Positions 27,889 through 38,540 of a stretch of 64,000 nucleotides of DNA are shown here, piece by piece. The DNA is taken from the NCBI RefSeq assembly GCF_003217775.1, contig NZ_QJVJ01000012.1:1-64000 (forward strand), written 5' to 3'. The DNA is from Paenibacillus flagellatus (GTDB taxonomy: Bacteria; Bacillota; Bacilli; Paenibacillales; NBRC-103111). The notes beneath the pieces were generated by a model. The model was not told the origin of the DNA. It saw only the letters and a program-made list of their open reading frames with translations, and searched no databases. Positions within the stretch are counted from its first letter, which is position 1. Every line of letters begins with the position of its first letter. The position numbers and the translations under genes were made by a program.

Positions 27889-27961
27889 AATAGAATATTG
27901 TCGAAAAGTCACGGCGATGGTACTATGACTTTGTACCTATGACATCGAGAGGAGTAACACA

Positions 27962-30838
27962 ATGAGTCACATGAGGAAGACCGGCAGGGCCATCATCCTG
28001 CTGCTGATCTTGCTGATCGCGGTGCCTTTCCAGGCGTTTGCGGCCGGCGCTCCGTCCGCCGCATCCGATATCGGCGGCCACTGGGCGGAAAAGGAATTGA
28101 GCGGCTGGATCGGCAAAGGGCTGTTGTCCGGCTACGAGGACGGCACGTTCCAGCCGGACCGCAGCATCAGCAGAGCGGAGTTTTTCGCGCTCGTCAATCG
28201 TTCGTTCCGCTTTACGCAGGAGGCTTCCGTTTCGTTTGCCGATCTGGACGCGTCCCATTGGGCGGTTGCCGAGCTGAAGCGCGCGAAGGCGGCGGGCTAT
28301 GCCGACGGGTATCCGGACGGCACGATTCGCCCGGATCGGCCGATCAGCCGGGAAGAGGCGGCCGTCGTGCTCCGCAGCGTGCTGAAGCTGCAGGAGGACG
28401 CCGCGAAGGCGGGCGCGTTCCAAGACGCGGCGCAATTCGCCGACTGGAGCAAGGGCTCGATCGGCGCACTGGCCGCGAAAGGGTATTTGTCCGGCTACGA
28501 GGACGGCACGTACAAGCCGGGCCGGTCGATGACCCGCGCCGAGATGGTCGCGGTGCTCGATCGCGCCGTCGCCGATGCGGTCCCTACGACGGTTTATGAT
28601 GCAAAAGGTACATACGGTCCCGAATCCGGGACGACGACGATCGCGGGCAACGTCACGATCAGCGCTCCGGGCGTCACGCTGCGCAATACGGTTATCGAGG
28701 GCGATCTGCTGCTGGCGGAATCGATCGGCGAAGGCGACGTTTTCCTGAAAAACGTCACCGTCAAAGGCGCTACGACGGTCAACGGCGGCGGCGCGCGCTC
28801 CGTTCACTTCGAGGACTCCGTGCTGCTTACGGTTATCGTGAACAAAGCGGACGGCAGCATCCGGATCGTAGCGGAAGGGTCCACCAGCGTTCAGCAGTTC
28901 ACGGTGCAATCGAGCGCGCTGCTCGAGTCGCGCGGTACGAGCACGATCGCCGACGTCGTTCTGTCCAGTCTGCTTCCTTCAGGGGCTCAAGTCTCGATGG
29001 CCGGTCAGTTCAACTCGGTCGACGTGCAGGCGACGAGCGTCCGGGTCAGCTTGACGGAAGGCGCGATTCAACAGCTGACCGTCTCGCAAGGGGCGGATCG
29101 CTCGACGCTGCAGGTCGGTACGGGAGCGTCGGTCGCGCAGCTCGTGCTGAACGCCGCCGCTTCGGTCGTCGGCCAAGGCTCGATCGGACAGGCGACCGTC
29201 AACGCGAACGGCTCCAGCTTCGAGCGCAATCCCGGCGCGATGACGACCGGCGAAGGCGTGCAAGTGGGAGTGGGCACGGCTGCGCCTTCCGGCGGCGGGT
29301 CCTCCGACGGCGGTTCTTCCGGGGACGGATCGTCCGATGACGACAGCGGATTCGTCACCGGCTTCGGCGGGAAAATCGTCGACGTCTCGAATCAGCCGGT
29401 CGCCGGCATGACCATCCAATTCCGCCGCGGGCTGGACAACAAGGACGGCGACGTCGTCGCGACGGTCGTCACCGACGCCGAAGGACGCTACACCGTCGAC
29501 CTGGCACCCGGCATTTATACGGGCGAGCTGGTCAAGGAAGGATTTATTACAACTTATCTGATCGGCGTCTCGGCTTCGAACGTCCGCAATACCGCCGAGG
29601 ATGCGACCGCGATCCGCGTAGCGGCGGCGAACGAAATCCGTATCGTGCTCTCATGGGGCGAACGTCCTCGCGATCTCGATTCGCATCTCGTCGGGCCGAC
29701 GCCGACGGGCGGCGTGTTCCACACGTGGTACTCGGATAAGGTATACACCGTAGGCTCGGTCGTCTACGACGATCTGGACCATGACGACACGACGTCCTAC
29801 GGACCCGAAACGACGACGATTCGCCATACGGTGGACGGCCTGTACCGCTTCTACGTTCATAACTACTCCGGCGAGACGAACATGCGGGATTCGGGTGCCC
29901 ATATCGAGGTGTACGAAGGCTCCACGACGACGCCGGCCAAGACGTACGATATCCCGACGGGAACGGGGACGGAGCGGTACTGGACCGCATTCGAAATGAC
30001 GATCGCGAACGGCTCGATCGCCTCCTTCACCGACATCAACCAGTTCTATGCCACCGAATCGGCCGCGCAGGGCAGCTTGGGCGCGGGGATGACCGACGCC
30101 ACGGTAACGTCCTCCGTATACGGTATCGATCAAAACGTGCGCGAAATTACGGTACCGGCCAACGTGCCGGCGGAAAGCTTCAAGGCGGGACTTTCCGCCG
30201 CGCCGGGCGCTACGCTCAAGGTGTATCAAGCGGACGGCGTGACGCCGCGTACGGACATCGTAGCGGACGGAGACAAAGTCGTCGTCCGAGCCGCCGACGG
30301 AAGGACGTCCCGGACCTATACGGTACGGGTAAGCTCCGCGCCTACGGTGACGTCGCTCACATACGAGCCGGCGGGTCCGATCGTCTTGTACGATACGACG
30401 TCGCCGATCGGCATCCGGCTTCTGGCGACCGTCGGCACGACCGTGACGGACGTGACGTATCAGGCGACTTATGCGTCCAATCGCCCGGATATTGCGGACA
30501 TCGATCCGAACGGCGTTATTACGGCTGTCACATCCGGCTCGACGGTCGTGAGCGCCGTGTACGGCGGCTTGACGAAGGACATTCCGGTCATCGTTCTGCT
30601 CGCTCCGTCGTTGGCCGTATCGTCGTCGGACGCGTCGACGCTGACGGCGTCCGGACTCGTCTCGGGAGCCGCGGTCGGCCTGTACGACGCAAGCTCCGAT
30701 ACGATCGTCGGCAGCCCTTACACGGCGGGTCAGGACGGTACGGCGACCATACCGGCCGTTCCGGCAGGCACTTATTATATCATCCAGACTTATCAAGGCT
30801 TCGAGAGCGGTCGCTCGGCGACCGTGACCGTCAACTGA
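27962..30838 (+). CDS. S-layer/SLH-domain surface protein (three N-terminal SLH domains, beta-helix and Ig-like regions)
   Basis: Signal peptide. SLH repeats GYEDGTFQPDRSISRAEF, GYPDGTIRPDRPISREEA, GYEDGTYKPGRSMTRAEM. Promoter-like TTGTCG-N17-TACTAT upstream. Confidence 0.8.
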   Translation: MSHMRKTGRAIILLLILLIAVPFQAFAAGAPSAASDIGGHWAEKELSGWIGKGLLSGYEDGTFQPDRSISRAEFFALVNRSFRFTQEASVSFADLDASHWAVAELKRAKAAGYADGYPDGTIRPDRPISREEAAVVLRSVLKLQEDAAKAGAFQDAAQFADWSKGSIGALAAKGYLSGYEDGTYKPGRSMTRAEMVAVLDRAVADAVPTTVYDAKGTYGPESGTTTIAGNVTISAPGVTLRNTVIEGDLLLAESIGEGDVFLKNVTVKGATTVNGGGARSVHFEDSVLLTVIVNKADGSIRIVAEGSTSVQQFTVQSSALLESRGTSTIADVVLSSLLPSGAQVSMAGQFNSVDVQATSVRVSLTEGAIQQLTVSQGADRSTLQVGTGASVAQLVLNAAASVVGQGSIGQATVNANGSSFERNPGAMTTGEGVQVGVGTAAPSGGGSSDGGSSGDGSSDDDSGFVTGFGGKIVDVSNQPVAGMTIQFRRGLDNKDGDVVATVVTDAEGRYTVDLAPGIYTGELVKEGFITTYLIGVSASNVRNTAEDATAIRVAAANEIRIVLSWGERPRDLDSHLVGPTPTGGVFHTWYSDKVYTVGSVVYDDLDHDDTTSYGPETTTIRHTVDGLYRFYVHNYSGETNMRDSGAHIEVYEGSTTTPAKTYDIPTGTGTERYWTAFEMTIANGSIASFTDINQFYATESAAQGSLGAGMTDATVTSSVYGIDQNVREITVPANVPAESFKAGLSAAPGATLKVYQADGVTPRTDIVADGDKVVVRAADGRTSRTYTVRVSSAPTVTSLTYEPAGPIVLYDTTSPIGIRLLATVGTTVTDVTYQATYASNRPDIADIDPNGVITAVTSGSTVVSAVYGGLTKDIPVIVLLAPSLAVSSSDASTLTASGLVSGAAVGLYDASSDTIVGSPYTAGQDGTATIPAVPAGTYYIIQTYQGFESGRSATVTVN

Positions 30839-30870
30839 CGCGACGACGTCGGTCGGCTCGCAGCCTCGCA

Positions 30871-30914
30871 CCTCTGCGCGCGGAAACATCCGCGATCGCA
30901 GGGGTGTTTTTTTT
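30871..30914 (+). terminator. Rho-independent terminator (bidirectional, between convergent genes)
   Basis: GC-rich hairpin CCTCTGCG...CGCAGGGG followed by TGTTTTTTTT. Confidence 0.65.
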
Positions 30915-31917
30915 ATGGGCCGGATAGAAGTGCGGGCCGGATCTGATCGTCGGCGAGCTCCTTCAGCATGCTCAGCGCATCCCGCTGCGTCTTGAACACG
31001 GTGCCCGGCGAAGGGAACGGAACGAGGAACAGATGCAGCGATTTATGGGCGAGCCGGATGTCCGCCCGGTACGATTCGAGTGCCGCTCCCCGCTTCGTCG
31101 TCATATCGGCGAGCCGGAACGTCAGCGGCTTGAAAATGTCCGGCCCGAACATCAGCTCCAGCGCCTGCTTCTTGAAGCCGTTGGCGCCCGCACCGCCGAT
31201 GCCGATGACGACCTTCGCCTTGGAGGCGACGAACAGCGATTTCAAGAGGTCGGCACGCTTCCGCACGTCGCCGCCGAAATCGCTGAATAGCGGCTGCCCG
31301 TACGCCGAGGCGTTAAACGGCTTGGCCGGATGGTTGAACGCGGCCAAATACGGGTTGTTTGCGATCGATTCGGCGATGGCGCCGTACTCCTCGGGGTACC
31401 AGACGTCCTCCTTCTCCCGGGGGAGCGGCCGCCAATCGGCGAGCGCGGTTTGGACGCCGGTCCGGGGCTTGTACAGACTTTCGCCGATAAACCGTTTGAT
31501 GCGGGCCCACGCTCGCGGATTGTCCCGTCCGCTTTCGAACCAGGAGCCGTCCGGCTCTTCGAACGCCAAACAAATCCGGGCGACGGCCGGATTGAAGACG
31601 CCCTTCGTAAAATGCTGCCGCCGCCGCTTCTCGCCGGGCCGCAAATACCGCTCGACCTTGCCGCCTCCCTCGCCGGCGTTGGGCTCATAGAAGCCGCGCG
31701 TCCAGTCGCCCCCGTGGATGCAAAACCGGTAAGCGCCGTCCGGGGCGTCCCGGCCGAAATCGCGCAGGCGCGCCTCCACGTTGGCCCCGACGCTGTAGCC
31801 GCCGGTTCCTTCCTCGTTGCCGAATACGATGATGTCGGCGCCCGGAAAACTTCCGCAGCCTACGTAGGATAAAAGGACGTCGTACTCGGGCTTGGACAGG
31901 CGATTCGATGGATTCAT
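30913..31917 (-). CDS. Hypothetical protein (334 aa)
   Basis: Long ORF with high-G+C third-position bias. No recognisable motif. Confidence 0.5.
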   Translation of the reverse strand: MNPSNRLSKPEYDVLLSYVGCGSFPGADIIVFGNEEGTGGYSVGANVEARLRDFGRDAPDGAYRFCIHGGDWTRGFYEPNAGEGGGKVERYLRPGEKRRRQHFTKGVFNPAVARICLAFEEPDGSWFESGRDNPRAWARIKRFIGESLYKPRTGVQTALADWRPLPREKEDVWYPEEYGAIAESIANNPYLAAFNHPAKPFNASAYGQPLFSDFGGDVRKRADLLKSLFVASKAKVVIGIGGAGANGFKKQALELMFGPDIFKPLTFRLADMTTKRGAALESYRADIRLAHKSLHLFLVPFPSPGTVFKTQRDALSMLKELADDQIRPALLSGP

Positions 31918-32165
31918 TCGGTAACCTCCCGGATGGCATGGATTGTTCCATTGTACGATGCACCGCGGTCGGCTGCCTAGCCGGATCGGTCGGGAACCTT
32001 GGGGCGGGTCGACGGTGTCTGTAAAAAAAGCTTAAAGTAGCATGTCTAGGTTACTAATTAGGGAAATAGCCGTATCGGTGCAAAATTTCAACCAACCTTT
32101 CCACTTGCATAAATGTTGTAGACTTGAATTGTCTACGGGGCGGCGGGGTCGGGGCGAAAGGAGGA

Positions 32166-32195
32166 GAAGGTCCGGGAAGGTCCGGAGAAGGTCCG
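32166..32195 (+). repeat. Three direct repeats of GAAGGTCCG at 10-11-bp spacing upstream of the ABC transporter operon
   Basis: Copies at 32166-32174, 32176-32184 and 32187-32195. An inverted repeat TGTAGAC-N7-GTCTACG lies just upstream at 32117-32137. Confidence 0.6.
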
Positions 32196-32233
32196 ACCGA
32201 GGCCGTTCGTCCAAAATAAGCGAGGAGGCGTTT

Positions 32234-33211
32234 ATGGGTACGTTCGAGCCTGTCATTGAAGTAAGCGGGTTGAGGAAATCGTTCGGGAAGACGGAGGTGC
32301 TGCAGGGGGTCGACCTTCGCGTGGAGCGGGGAACCGTTTTCGCGCTGCTCGGGCCGAACGGGGCGGGGAAGACGACGATCGTCAGCATCCTGTCCACGCT
32401 GCTCGTCCCGGACTCGGGGAAGGTGAACATATGCGGGCACGACGTCGTGCGCGAGGCGGACGCGGTCCGCAGCCGGGTCAGTCTGACCGGCCAGTTCGCG
32501 TCGATCGACGAGGGGATGTCCGGCCGCGACAACTTGGCGATGATCGCGCGCTTGATGGGCTATTCCAAGAAGGAGGCCGTCGTTCGCGCGAACGAGCTGC
32601 TGGACGCGTTCGACCTGACGGAGGCGGCGGGCCGCCCGGCGAGCGCCTACTCGGGAGGGATGCGGCGCCGGCTCGACATCGCGGCCAGCCTCGTCGTGAC
32701 GCCGGACCTGCTGTTTCTCGACGAGCCGACGACCGGACTCGATCCCCGCAGCCGCAACCAGGTGTGGGACATCGTCCGGACGCTGGTCGCCCAAGGGACG
32801 ACGGTGCTGCTGACGACGCAATACTTGGAGGAGGCGGACCAGCTGGCCGACCGGATCGCCGTCATCGACCACGGCAAGGTGATCGCCGAAGGGACCGCAA
32901 GCGCGCTGAAGGCGTCGGTCGGCTCGGGCACCGTGCAGGTGAGGCTGGATAAGCCGGAGCAGCGCCCGGAGGCGGAGCGGATCCTGTCCCGCACGCTAGG
33001 CGCGGAGGTACGCCCGGATTCCGATCCGGCGGCGCTGTCGGCGCGCGTGTCCGATCCGGGGCTGGCCGCACGGGCGTTGACCGAGCTGCTGCAGGCCGGC
33101 ATCCCGACGACTCATTTTTCGCTCGGCCAGCCCAGCCTTGACGAAGTGTTCTTGGCTTTGACCGGCCGACCGGCCGAAGAAGCCGCCGAGAACGGAGGGG
33201 GATCGATATGA
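32234..33211 (+). CDS. ABC transporter ATP-binding protein (DrrA-like)
   Basis: RBS GAGGAGG 5 nt upstream of the ATG at 32234. [11 protein letters not shown] Walker [10 protein letters not shown] signature, [12 protein letters not shown] Walker B. The ORF track's 32042 start is a spurious extension. Confidence 0.85.
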   Translation: MGTFEPVIEVSGLRKSFGKTEVLQGVDLRVERGTVFALLGPNGAGKTTIVSILSTLLVPDSGKVNICGHDVVREADAVRSRVSLTGQFASIDEGMSGRDNLAMIARLMGYSKKEAVVRANELLDAFDLTEAAGRPASAYSGGMRRRLDIAASLVVTPDLLFLDEPTTGLDPRSRNQVWDIVRTLVAQGTTVLLTTQYLEEADQLADRIAVIDHGKVIAEGTASALKASVGSGTVQVRLDKPEQRPEAERILSRTLGAEVRPDSDPAALSARVSDPGLAARALTELLQAGIPTTHFSLGQPSLDEVFLALTGRPAEEAAENGGGSI

Positions 33212-34062
33212 ACGCAACGATGCAGGGGCAAGGGCAAGTCCGTACGGCCGCCGACCGGAAGCTGACGCAGGCGCTGTCCGCCCGCGTCCGGCCGAAACGT
33301 CCAAGCGCGCTTTCCGCTACGATGACGTTCGTCTGGAGGACGGTGCAGAAGACGAAAGCGTACGGCTGGACCGCCTTGGTCGACATCCTGCTGTTCCCCG
33401 CGCTGTTCCTGCTCATCTTCACCTTTTTGTTCGGGGGCGCCATCTCCGGGTCGACCGGCGATTATTTGCAGTTTCTGCTTCCGGGGATGCTCGTGTATAC
33501 GGTGACGTCGATGACGGTATATACCGGGGTGGCGATCAACACGGACATCACGAAAGGAGTGTTCAACCGGTTCCGAACGCTGCCGTTCTGGCAATCGGCG
33601 GCGATTCTCGGCTCGGTGGCGGTCGATATCGTTCGGTACGCCGCGGCGGTCGTCGCCACCGCTGGCATCGGGACGCTGCTCGGCTTCCGCCCGGAGGCGG
33701 GGTGGACGGGCGCCGCGCTCGCCGTGCTGACCGTCGTCCTGTTCGCCTTCAGCGTCAGCTGGATCTTCGCCTGGCTCGGCGTCGTCGTGAAGAAAACCGA
33801 ATCGCTCACAACGACGAGCTACCTGGCGCTGTATCCGCTTATGTTCGCGAGCAACGTGTTCGTCGATTCGTCCACGATGCCCGGCTGGCTCCGCGGCTTC
33901 GTCGACCTGAATCCGCTCAGCCTCGCCTCGACGGCGGTCCGGGGGCTGATGCACGGCACGGCCGCCGCCGGCGACGTCGCTTGGGCGTTGGCGGGATGCG
34001 CCGTTCTCGTCGCGGTGTTCGCGCCGCTGACGTTTTACGGGTATCGACGCAAAGCGGTTTGA
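33208..34062 (+). CDS. ABC-2 family transporter permease (DrrB-like)
   Basis: Overlaps the ATPase stop by 4 nt. Six predicted TM helices. ABC-2 type. Confidence 0.75.
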   Translation: MNATMQGQGQVRTAADRKLTQALSARVRPKRPSALSATMTFVWRTVQKTKAYGWTALVDILLFPALFLLIFTFLFGGAISGSTGDYLQFLLPGMLVYTVTSMTVYTGVAINTDITKGVFNRFRTLPFWQSAAILGSVAVDIVRYAAAVVATAGIGTLLGFRPEAGWTGAALAVLTVVLFAFSVSWIFAWLGVVVKKTESLTTTSYLALYPLMFASNVFVDSSTMPGWLRGFVDLNPLSLASTAVRGLMHGTAAAGDVAWALAGCAVLVAVFAPLTFYGYRRKAV

Positions 34063-34187
34063 AGCCGTGCTTTTGAAAATGGCATAACCGAACCTAACAA
34101 AGGATGCTTCCTTCGGGACGGGAGCCGTCGGCGTTACGAAGACCGGCTCCTCCTTTCGGGGGAGCATCGCAAAAAGGAGGAAGTCGT

Positions 34188-36707
34188 CTGAACGACAAGA
34201 TCGTTATCCGCGGCGCTCGCGAAAACAATTTGAAGCACGTCTCCCTGGACATTCCGAAGCATAAGCTGGTCGTCCTGACCGGACCTTCCGGCTCCGGCAA
34301 GTCGACGCTCGCGATGGATACGCTTCAGCGGGAATGCCAGCGCCAGTATATGGAATCGATGGGGATGGCGGCCGATCAGGTCGGCAAGCCGAAGGTGGAC
34401 TCCATCGTCGGACTGTCTCCGTCGATCAGCGTAGGGCAGCACGTCACGAACCGCAATCCGAGATCGACGGTCGGCACCGTGACCGACATCTATACGTACT
34501 TGCGCGTCGTCTACGAGAAGCTGGGCGAGCGCCCGTGCTCGAGCTGCGGCAGGACGGTTCCGCCGTCCCCCGCGAAGGATGCGGAAAGCCCCGCGATCGG
34601 GGACGAGGACGGCGGCGGGTTCCAGAAGTACGTCGATTGCCCGCATTGCGGCCATACGATGAAGAAGCTGGAACGGAGCCACTTCTCGTTCAACAAGCCG
34701 GAGGGCGCCTGCGAGACGTGCAGCGGGCTCGGCAGCGTGGCCAGCCTCGATTTGGACGCCGTGTTCAATCCGGAGCGGAGCCTGCTCGACGGCGGCGTGA
34801 CGTTCTGGTTCGAGATGCTCGCGAAGTACCAAGTCTCGACCCTTGCCGCGGCGGCCAGCCATTACGGCATTCCGTTCGACCCCGACAAGCCTTTGAAGGA
34901 ATTCGCCCCCGCCCTGCGCGATTTGCTGTACTACGGCGTGGAGAGCGAGGAGTTCGTACGGCACGTTCCCGGCGTGAAGCCGCCGAAGGCGGTCGGCCAA
35001 GGGAAGTTCGAGGGCGTCGTCACGGGCATATGGCGGCGGTACAAGGAAAAAAACGGCGAATCCGGCGAGGCGGCGCTGTTCCATGAGGAGATATGCCCCG
35101 ATTGCCGCGGGGCGAGGCTGAAGCGGGAAAGCTTGCTCGTCCGGGTGAACGGGGCGTCGATCGCCGACGTATCCGGCTGGTCGCTGGAAACGGCGTTTGC
35201 CTGGCTGAACCGTCTCCTGCAAGGGCTCGGCCCCGACGACAAATCGATCGCGGAGGCGCTGCTGCACGACTTGCTCGTTCGCCTGAGGCGGATTACGGAT
35301 GTCGGCCTCGGCTACTTGTCGCTGGACCGGCAGGCGGTGACGCTGTCCGGCGGCGAAGCGCAGCGGCTCCGGCTCGCCTCGATTCTCGGCTCGGGCCTGA
35401 CCGGCGTCCTGTACATTCTCGACGAGCCGACGGCCGGACTTCATCCGCGCGATACGGCCGGGCTCATCCAGGTGCTGAAGCAGCTACGCGATCTCGGCAA
35501 TACGGTGCTCGTCATCGAGCACGACGTCGAGATGATGCGTGCCGCCGACCACGTCATCGACATGGGGCCCGGAGCGGGCAGCTTCGGCGGACGCGTCGTC
35601 GGGCAAGGGACGCTGGACGATCTGGTCGCAAGCCCGGAGTCGGTGACGGGCGCGTACCTTCGGGACGAGCTCGCCCGGGCGGTGGAGCCGCGCCGGAGAC
35701 GGCCGGGCAACGGGCGATGGCTGACGATTCACGACGCCTACGAGCGGAACTTGAAGCATATTACCGTGTCGTTCCCGCTCGGCTGCCTCGTCTCGGTAAC
35801 CGGGGTGTCGGGCTCGGGCAAGTCGACGCTGCTGTTCGACCTGCTGGCGGCCGGCGGGCGCGACGGGCAGAAGCGGCGCGGCTGCGAGCGTATTACCGGA
35901 CTCGACGCCATCGGCCAGATGGTCACCGTCGACCAGTCCCCGATCGGGCGGATGAGCCGGTCGAACGTCGCCACGTATACGGACGTGTTCACGCTGCTGC
36001 GCAGCTTGTTCGCCGGACTGCCGGAAGCGAAGAGCGCGAAGCTGACGTCGAAGCATTTCTCGTTCAACACGCCCGGCGGGCGGTGCGAGACGTGCCAAGG
36101 TCTCGGCGTCGTGTCCATGAACATGCATTTTCTTCCCGACCTCGAGGTTCGCTGTCCCGATTGCCGCGGCCGGCGGTTCAAGGACGAGGTGCTGCGGGTA
36201 ATTTATAAAGGCTTCACGATATCCGACCTGCTGGACATGACCGTGCAGGAGAGCTTGCCGCTGCTGCAGGATCAGGACAAGATCGCCGGCATCATCGGGC
36301 TGCTGTGCGAGGTCGGGCTCGGCTACCTGCAATGGGGGCAGTCGGTGAGGACACTGTCGGGCGGGGAGGGGCAGCGGCTCCGGCTCGCCAAGGAATTGAG
36401 CGGCAGAACGAAGAACCATACGCTGTACTTGCTGGACGAGCCGTCCACCGGCCTGCATCCGGCCGATACGCGGCAGCTGGTCGTGCTGCTGAACAAGCTC
36501 GTCGATGCCGGCAACACCGTCATCGTCGTCGAGCATAACGTCGACGTCATCCGCGAATCGGACTGGGTCGTCGACATCGGCCCGGAAGGGGGAGAGGCGG
36601 GCGGCTCGGTCGTGGCGGCGGGGACGCCGGAGACGGTCGCAGCCGTGGACGCTTCGCACACGGGGCGTTACCTGAAGACGGCGCTCGCGGGAGCGGGGAC
36701 CGTGTAA
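34188..36707 (+). CDS. UvrA-family protein (excinuclease ABC subunit A paralogue; short, DrrC/UvrA2-like)
   Basis: N-terminus IRGARENNLKHVSLDIPKHKLVVLTGPSGSGKSTLAMDTL aligns to the UvrA N-terminus. Second ABC module GVSGSGKSTLL, with Zn-finger CxxC motifs. The aligned start is a CTG at 34188, 7 nt after AAAGGAGG; no ATG/GTG/TTG is available there. The ORF track's 34104 start is an extension. Confidence 0.8.
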   Translation: MNDKIVIRGARENNLKHVSLDIPKHKLVVLTGPSGSGKSTLAMDTLQRECQRQYMESMGMAADQVGKPKVDSIVGLSPSISVGQHVTNRNPRSTVGTVTDIYTYLRVVYEKLGERPCSSCGRTVPPSPAKDAESPAIGDEDGGGFQKYVDCPHCGHTMKKLERSHFSFNKPEGACETCSGLGSVASLDLDAVFNPERSLLDGGVTFWFEMLAKYQVSTLAAAASHYGIPFDPDKPLKEFAPALRDLLYYGVESEEFVRHVPGVKPPKAVGQGKFEGVVTGIWRRYKEKNGESGEAALFHEEICPDCRGARLKRESLLVRVNGASIADVSGWSLETAFAWLNRLLQGLGPDDKSIAEALLHDLLVRLRRITDVGLGYLSLDRQAVTLSGGEAQRLRLASILGSGLTGVLYILDEPTAGLHPRDTAGLIQVLKQLRDLGNTVLVIEHDVEMMRAADHVIDMGPGAGSFGGRVVGQGTLDDLVASPESVTGAYLRDELARAVEPRRRRPGNGRWLTIHDAYERNLKHITVSFPLGCLVSVTGVSGSGKSTLLFDLLAAGGRDGQKRRGCERITGLDAIGQMVTVDQSPIGRMSRSNVATYTDVFTLLRSLFAGLPEAKSAKLTSKHFSFNTPGGRCETCQGLGVVSMNMHFLPDLEVRCPDCRGRRFKDEVLRVIYKGFTISDLLDMTVQESLPLLQDQDKIAGIIGLLCEVGLGYLQWGQSVRTLSGGEGQRLRLAKELSGRTKNHTLYLLDEPSTGLHPADTRQLVVLLNKLVDAGNTVIVVEHNVDVIRESDWVVDIGPEGGEAGGSVVAAGTPETVAAVDASHTGRYLKTALAGAGTV

Positions 36708-36833
36708 AGCGAACGAAAGCGTCGCCCGGGCGGGCGGCGCTTTCGTGCTGCACCCGTGCGGTGCGGCTCTTGCACGAGTGGTTCCATATCCGCAACGTTT
36801 CCCGTGTCCGATGGCCGATGGCCGATTCAACCT

Positions 36834-37634
36834 TCAACCGCCGAAAAATTCGATCAGCAGCGGCGCCAGCGCTTCGGGTGCGACATCGTGGCCTTGTCCC
36901 GCCAACACTTGATGCTTCGCCCTGGCGAGGCGGTGTACCAGCGTCTTCGCGGCATCGTGGAAAAACGGTTCGCTGAGCTCGCCGCTGACCACGAAGGTGT
37001 CGGACGTTACGCCGGCCCATTTCCCGGGCGGCAACGGCCTTCCGGCCATGACGTCTCGCGACACCATTCCGTCATAGGCGAGCGTGTGCGCCACAGCCAA
37101 GAGATCGCTCCATATCGGACTTTCTTTCATCGGGGCCAAATATTCGTCCGGAATGAGCAGTGCCTGCGTCATAAAAATTTCCAAAGCTTGCTCGCGCCGG
37201 CCGGCCTCGACGGCTTCGCCGATCCGCTCGACGTAATCCCGGGGAAGCGGCGGACGGCTGCCGTCGAGGATGAGGGGCGGTTCGTACAAGGCCAGCTTCG
37301 GGATCTTGCCCGCCAGCTTTTCGGCGGCTTCCAGGGAAAGAATCGCGCCGGACGACATGCCGTAAAGGAAGGCGCTTCCGCCGGCGGCCTCGATTAAAGC
37401 CGCAATATCCTCTATCTCGCGCTCGACCGCGTAGGGCATGGTGTCGCCGCTATCGCCCCTCCCCCGGCGATCGTAATTGAACACGGTGAAACGATCAGAG
37501 AGCAAGTCGGCCATTTGCGTTTGCGCAGGGAACGCGCGATAACCGAGGGCGCCGGTAACCATAATGACCGCCGGACCGCTGCCGTACCGATCGAATGCGA
37601 TGCTCGTACCGTCTTTCGAGATGATGTTGTTCAT
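36834..37634 (-). CDS. Alpha/beta-hydrolase fold protein
   Basis: GPAVIMVTGALGYRAF...NYDRRGRGDSGD pattern. Start at MNNIISK (37634) overlaps the next gene's stop. Confidence 0.7.
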   Translation of the reverse strand: MNNIISKDGTSIAFDRYGSGPAVIMVTGALGYRAFPAQTQMADLLSDRFTVFNYDRRGRGDSGDTMPYAVEREIEDIAALIEAAGGSAFLYGMSSGAILSLEAAEKLAGKIPKLALYEPPLILDGSRPPLPRDYVERIGEAVEAGRREQALEIFMTQALLIPDEYLAPMKESPIWSDLLAVAHTLAYDGMVSRDVMAGRPLPPGKWAGVTSDTFVVSGELSEPFFHDAAKTLVHRLARAKHQVLAGQGHDVAPEALAPLLIEFFGG

Positions 37635-38203
37635 GTCCCCGTCTCCGATTTTTGGTAATGTAATCCGATGACGCCATTGCCATACGTTTTGCTGCCGGTG
37701 AGACGGAGAGGCTGCTGCCGCTCGGCGAGGGAGAATAACCGCTCGCCGTGGGAGGCGACGACGGGATGGACGAGCAGCCACAGCTCGTCGTACAGATCAT
37801 GCCGGATAAACGATTGCCATGTCTTTACTCCGCTTTCGACCGAAATGCGGTTCGCCCGCCGCTTCAACGCTTCCAGCTCCGCGGCCAGCGACCGCTCGTC
37901 CTTGACGACGAGCTGCTGCGAATTTCTCCATACCAAATCGACTTCGGCATGAGAAACGACCACTTTGGGAATTTCATTCATCCGTCGGGCGATCGCCCGC
38001 TCCAGCGAATTGGACGAATTTTCGGCCCGCTGCCAATGCTCGGCGAGTGAAGCATACGAGTTTCGGCCGACGACGATCGTATCTACCGAATTGTAATACT
38101 CCAAATAATCCTCAAAAATTTGTTCGCTTAGCGTCATCCATCGATATTCGTCCGAAACGACCCCGTCCAGCGAAAGTTGCATCGTCAGAATCACGCTTCC
38201 CAT
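37631..38203 (-). CDS. Dihydrofolate-reductase-like protein (RibD C-terminal domain family)
   Basis: MGSVILTMQLSLDGVV...TIVVGRNSY, typical of the RibD_C/DHFR-like family. The ORF track's N-terminal extension to 38365 was rejected. Confidence 0.65.
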   Translation of the reverse strand: MGSVILTMQLSLDGVVSDEYRWMTLSEQIFEDYLEYYNSVDTIVVGRNSYASLAEHWQRAENSSNSLERAIARRMNEIPKVVVSHAEVDLVWRNSQQLVVKDERSLAAELEALKRRANRISVESGVKTWQSFIRHDLYDELWLLVHPVVASHGERLFSLAERQQPLRLTGSKTYGNGVIGLHYQKSETGT

Positions 38204-38540
38204 TTTTGGCAACAGCTCCTGTCCTGATATAGGTATCAACGACATAATAGCACCCATGCGGCGGCGACATTTCTTACGGATTGCTGATTTCGGCGACGCC
38301 CGAATAAGCCCCCGGGAGGCAGTAACACGGCCCCGCTCTCCCTTGCATCCGTTGCGGCCTCCCATGATCGCTTCCGTACCCCGTCACGCTCTCCACGTCA
38401 ACAGCGCATCGACGATTTGGCTTCGACCGAGAGGCGACCCGACCAAGAGTGCCGCCTTTGTTTAGCGTTTGTTCAGTGGGATTTGCTAGGATGGGTACAA
38501 CAATGGGCATTTCGCCTCAAAGACGGGGGTACCGGGTACT

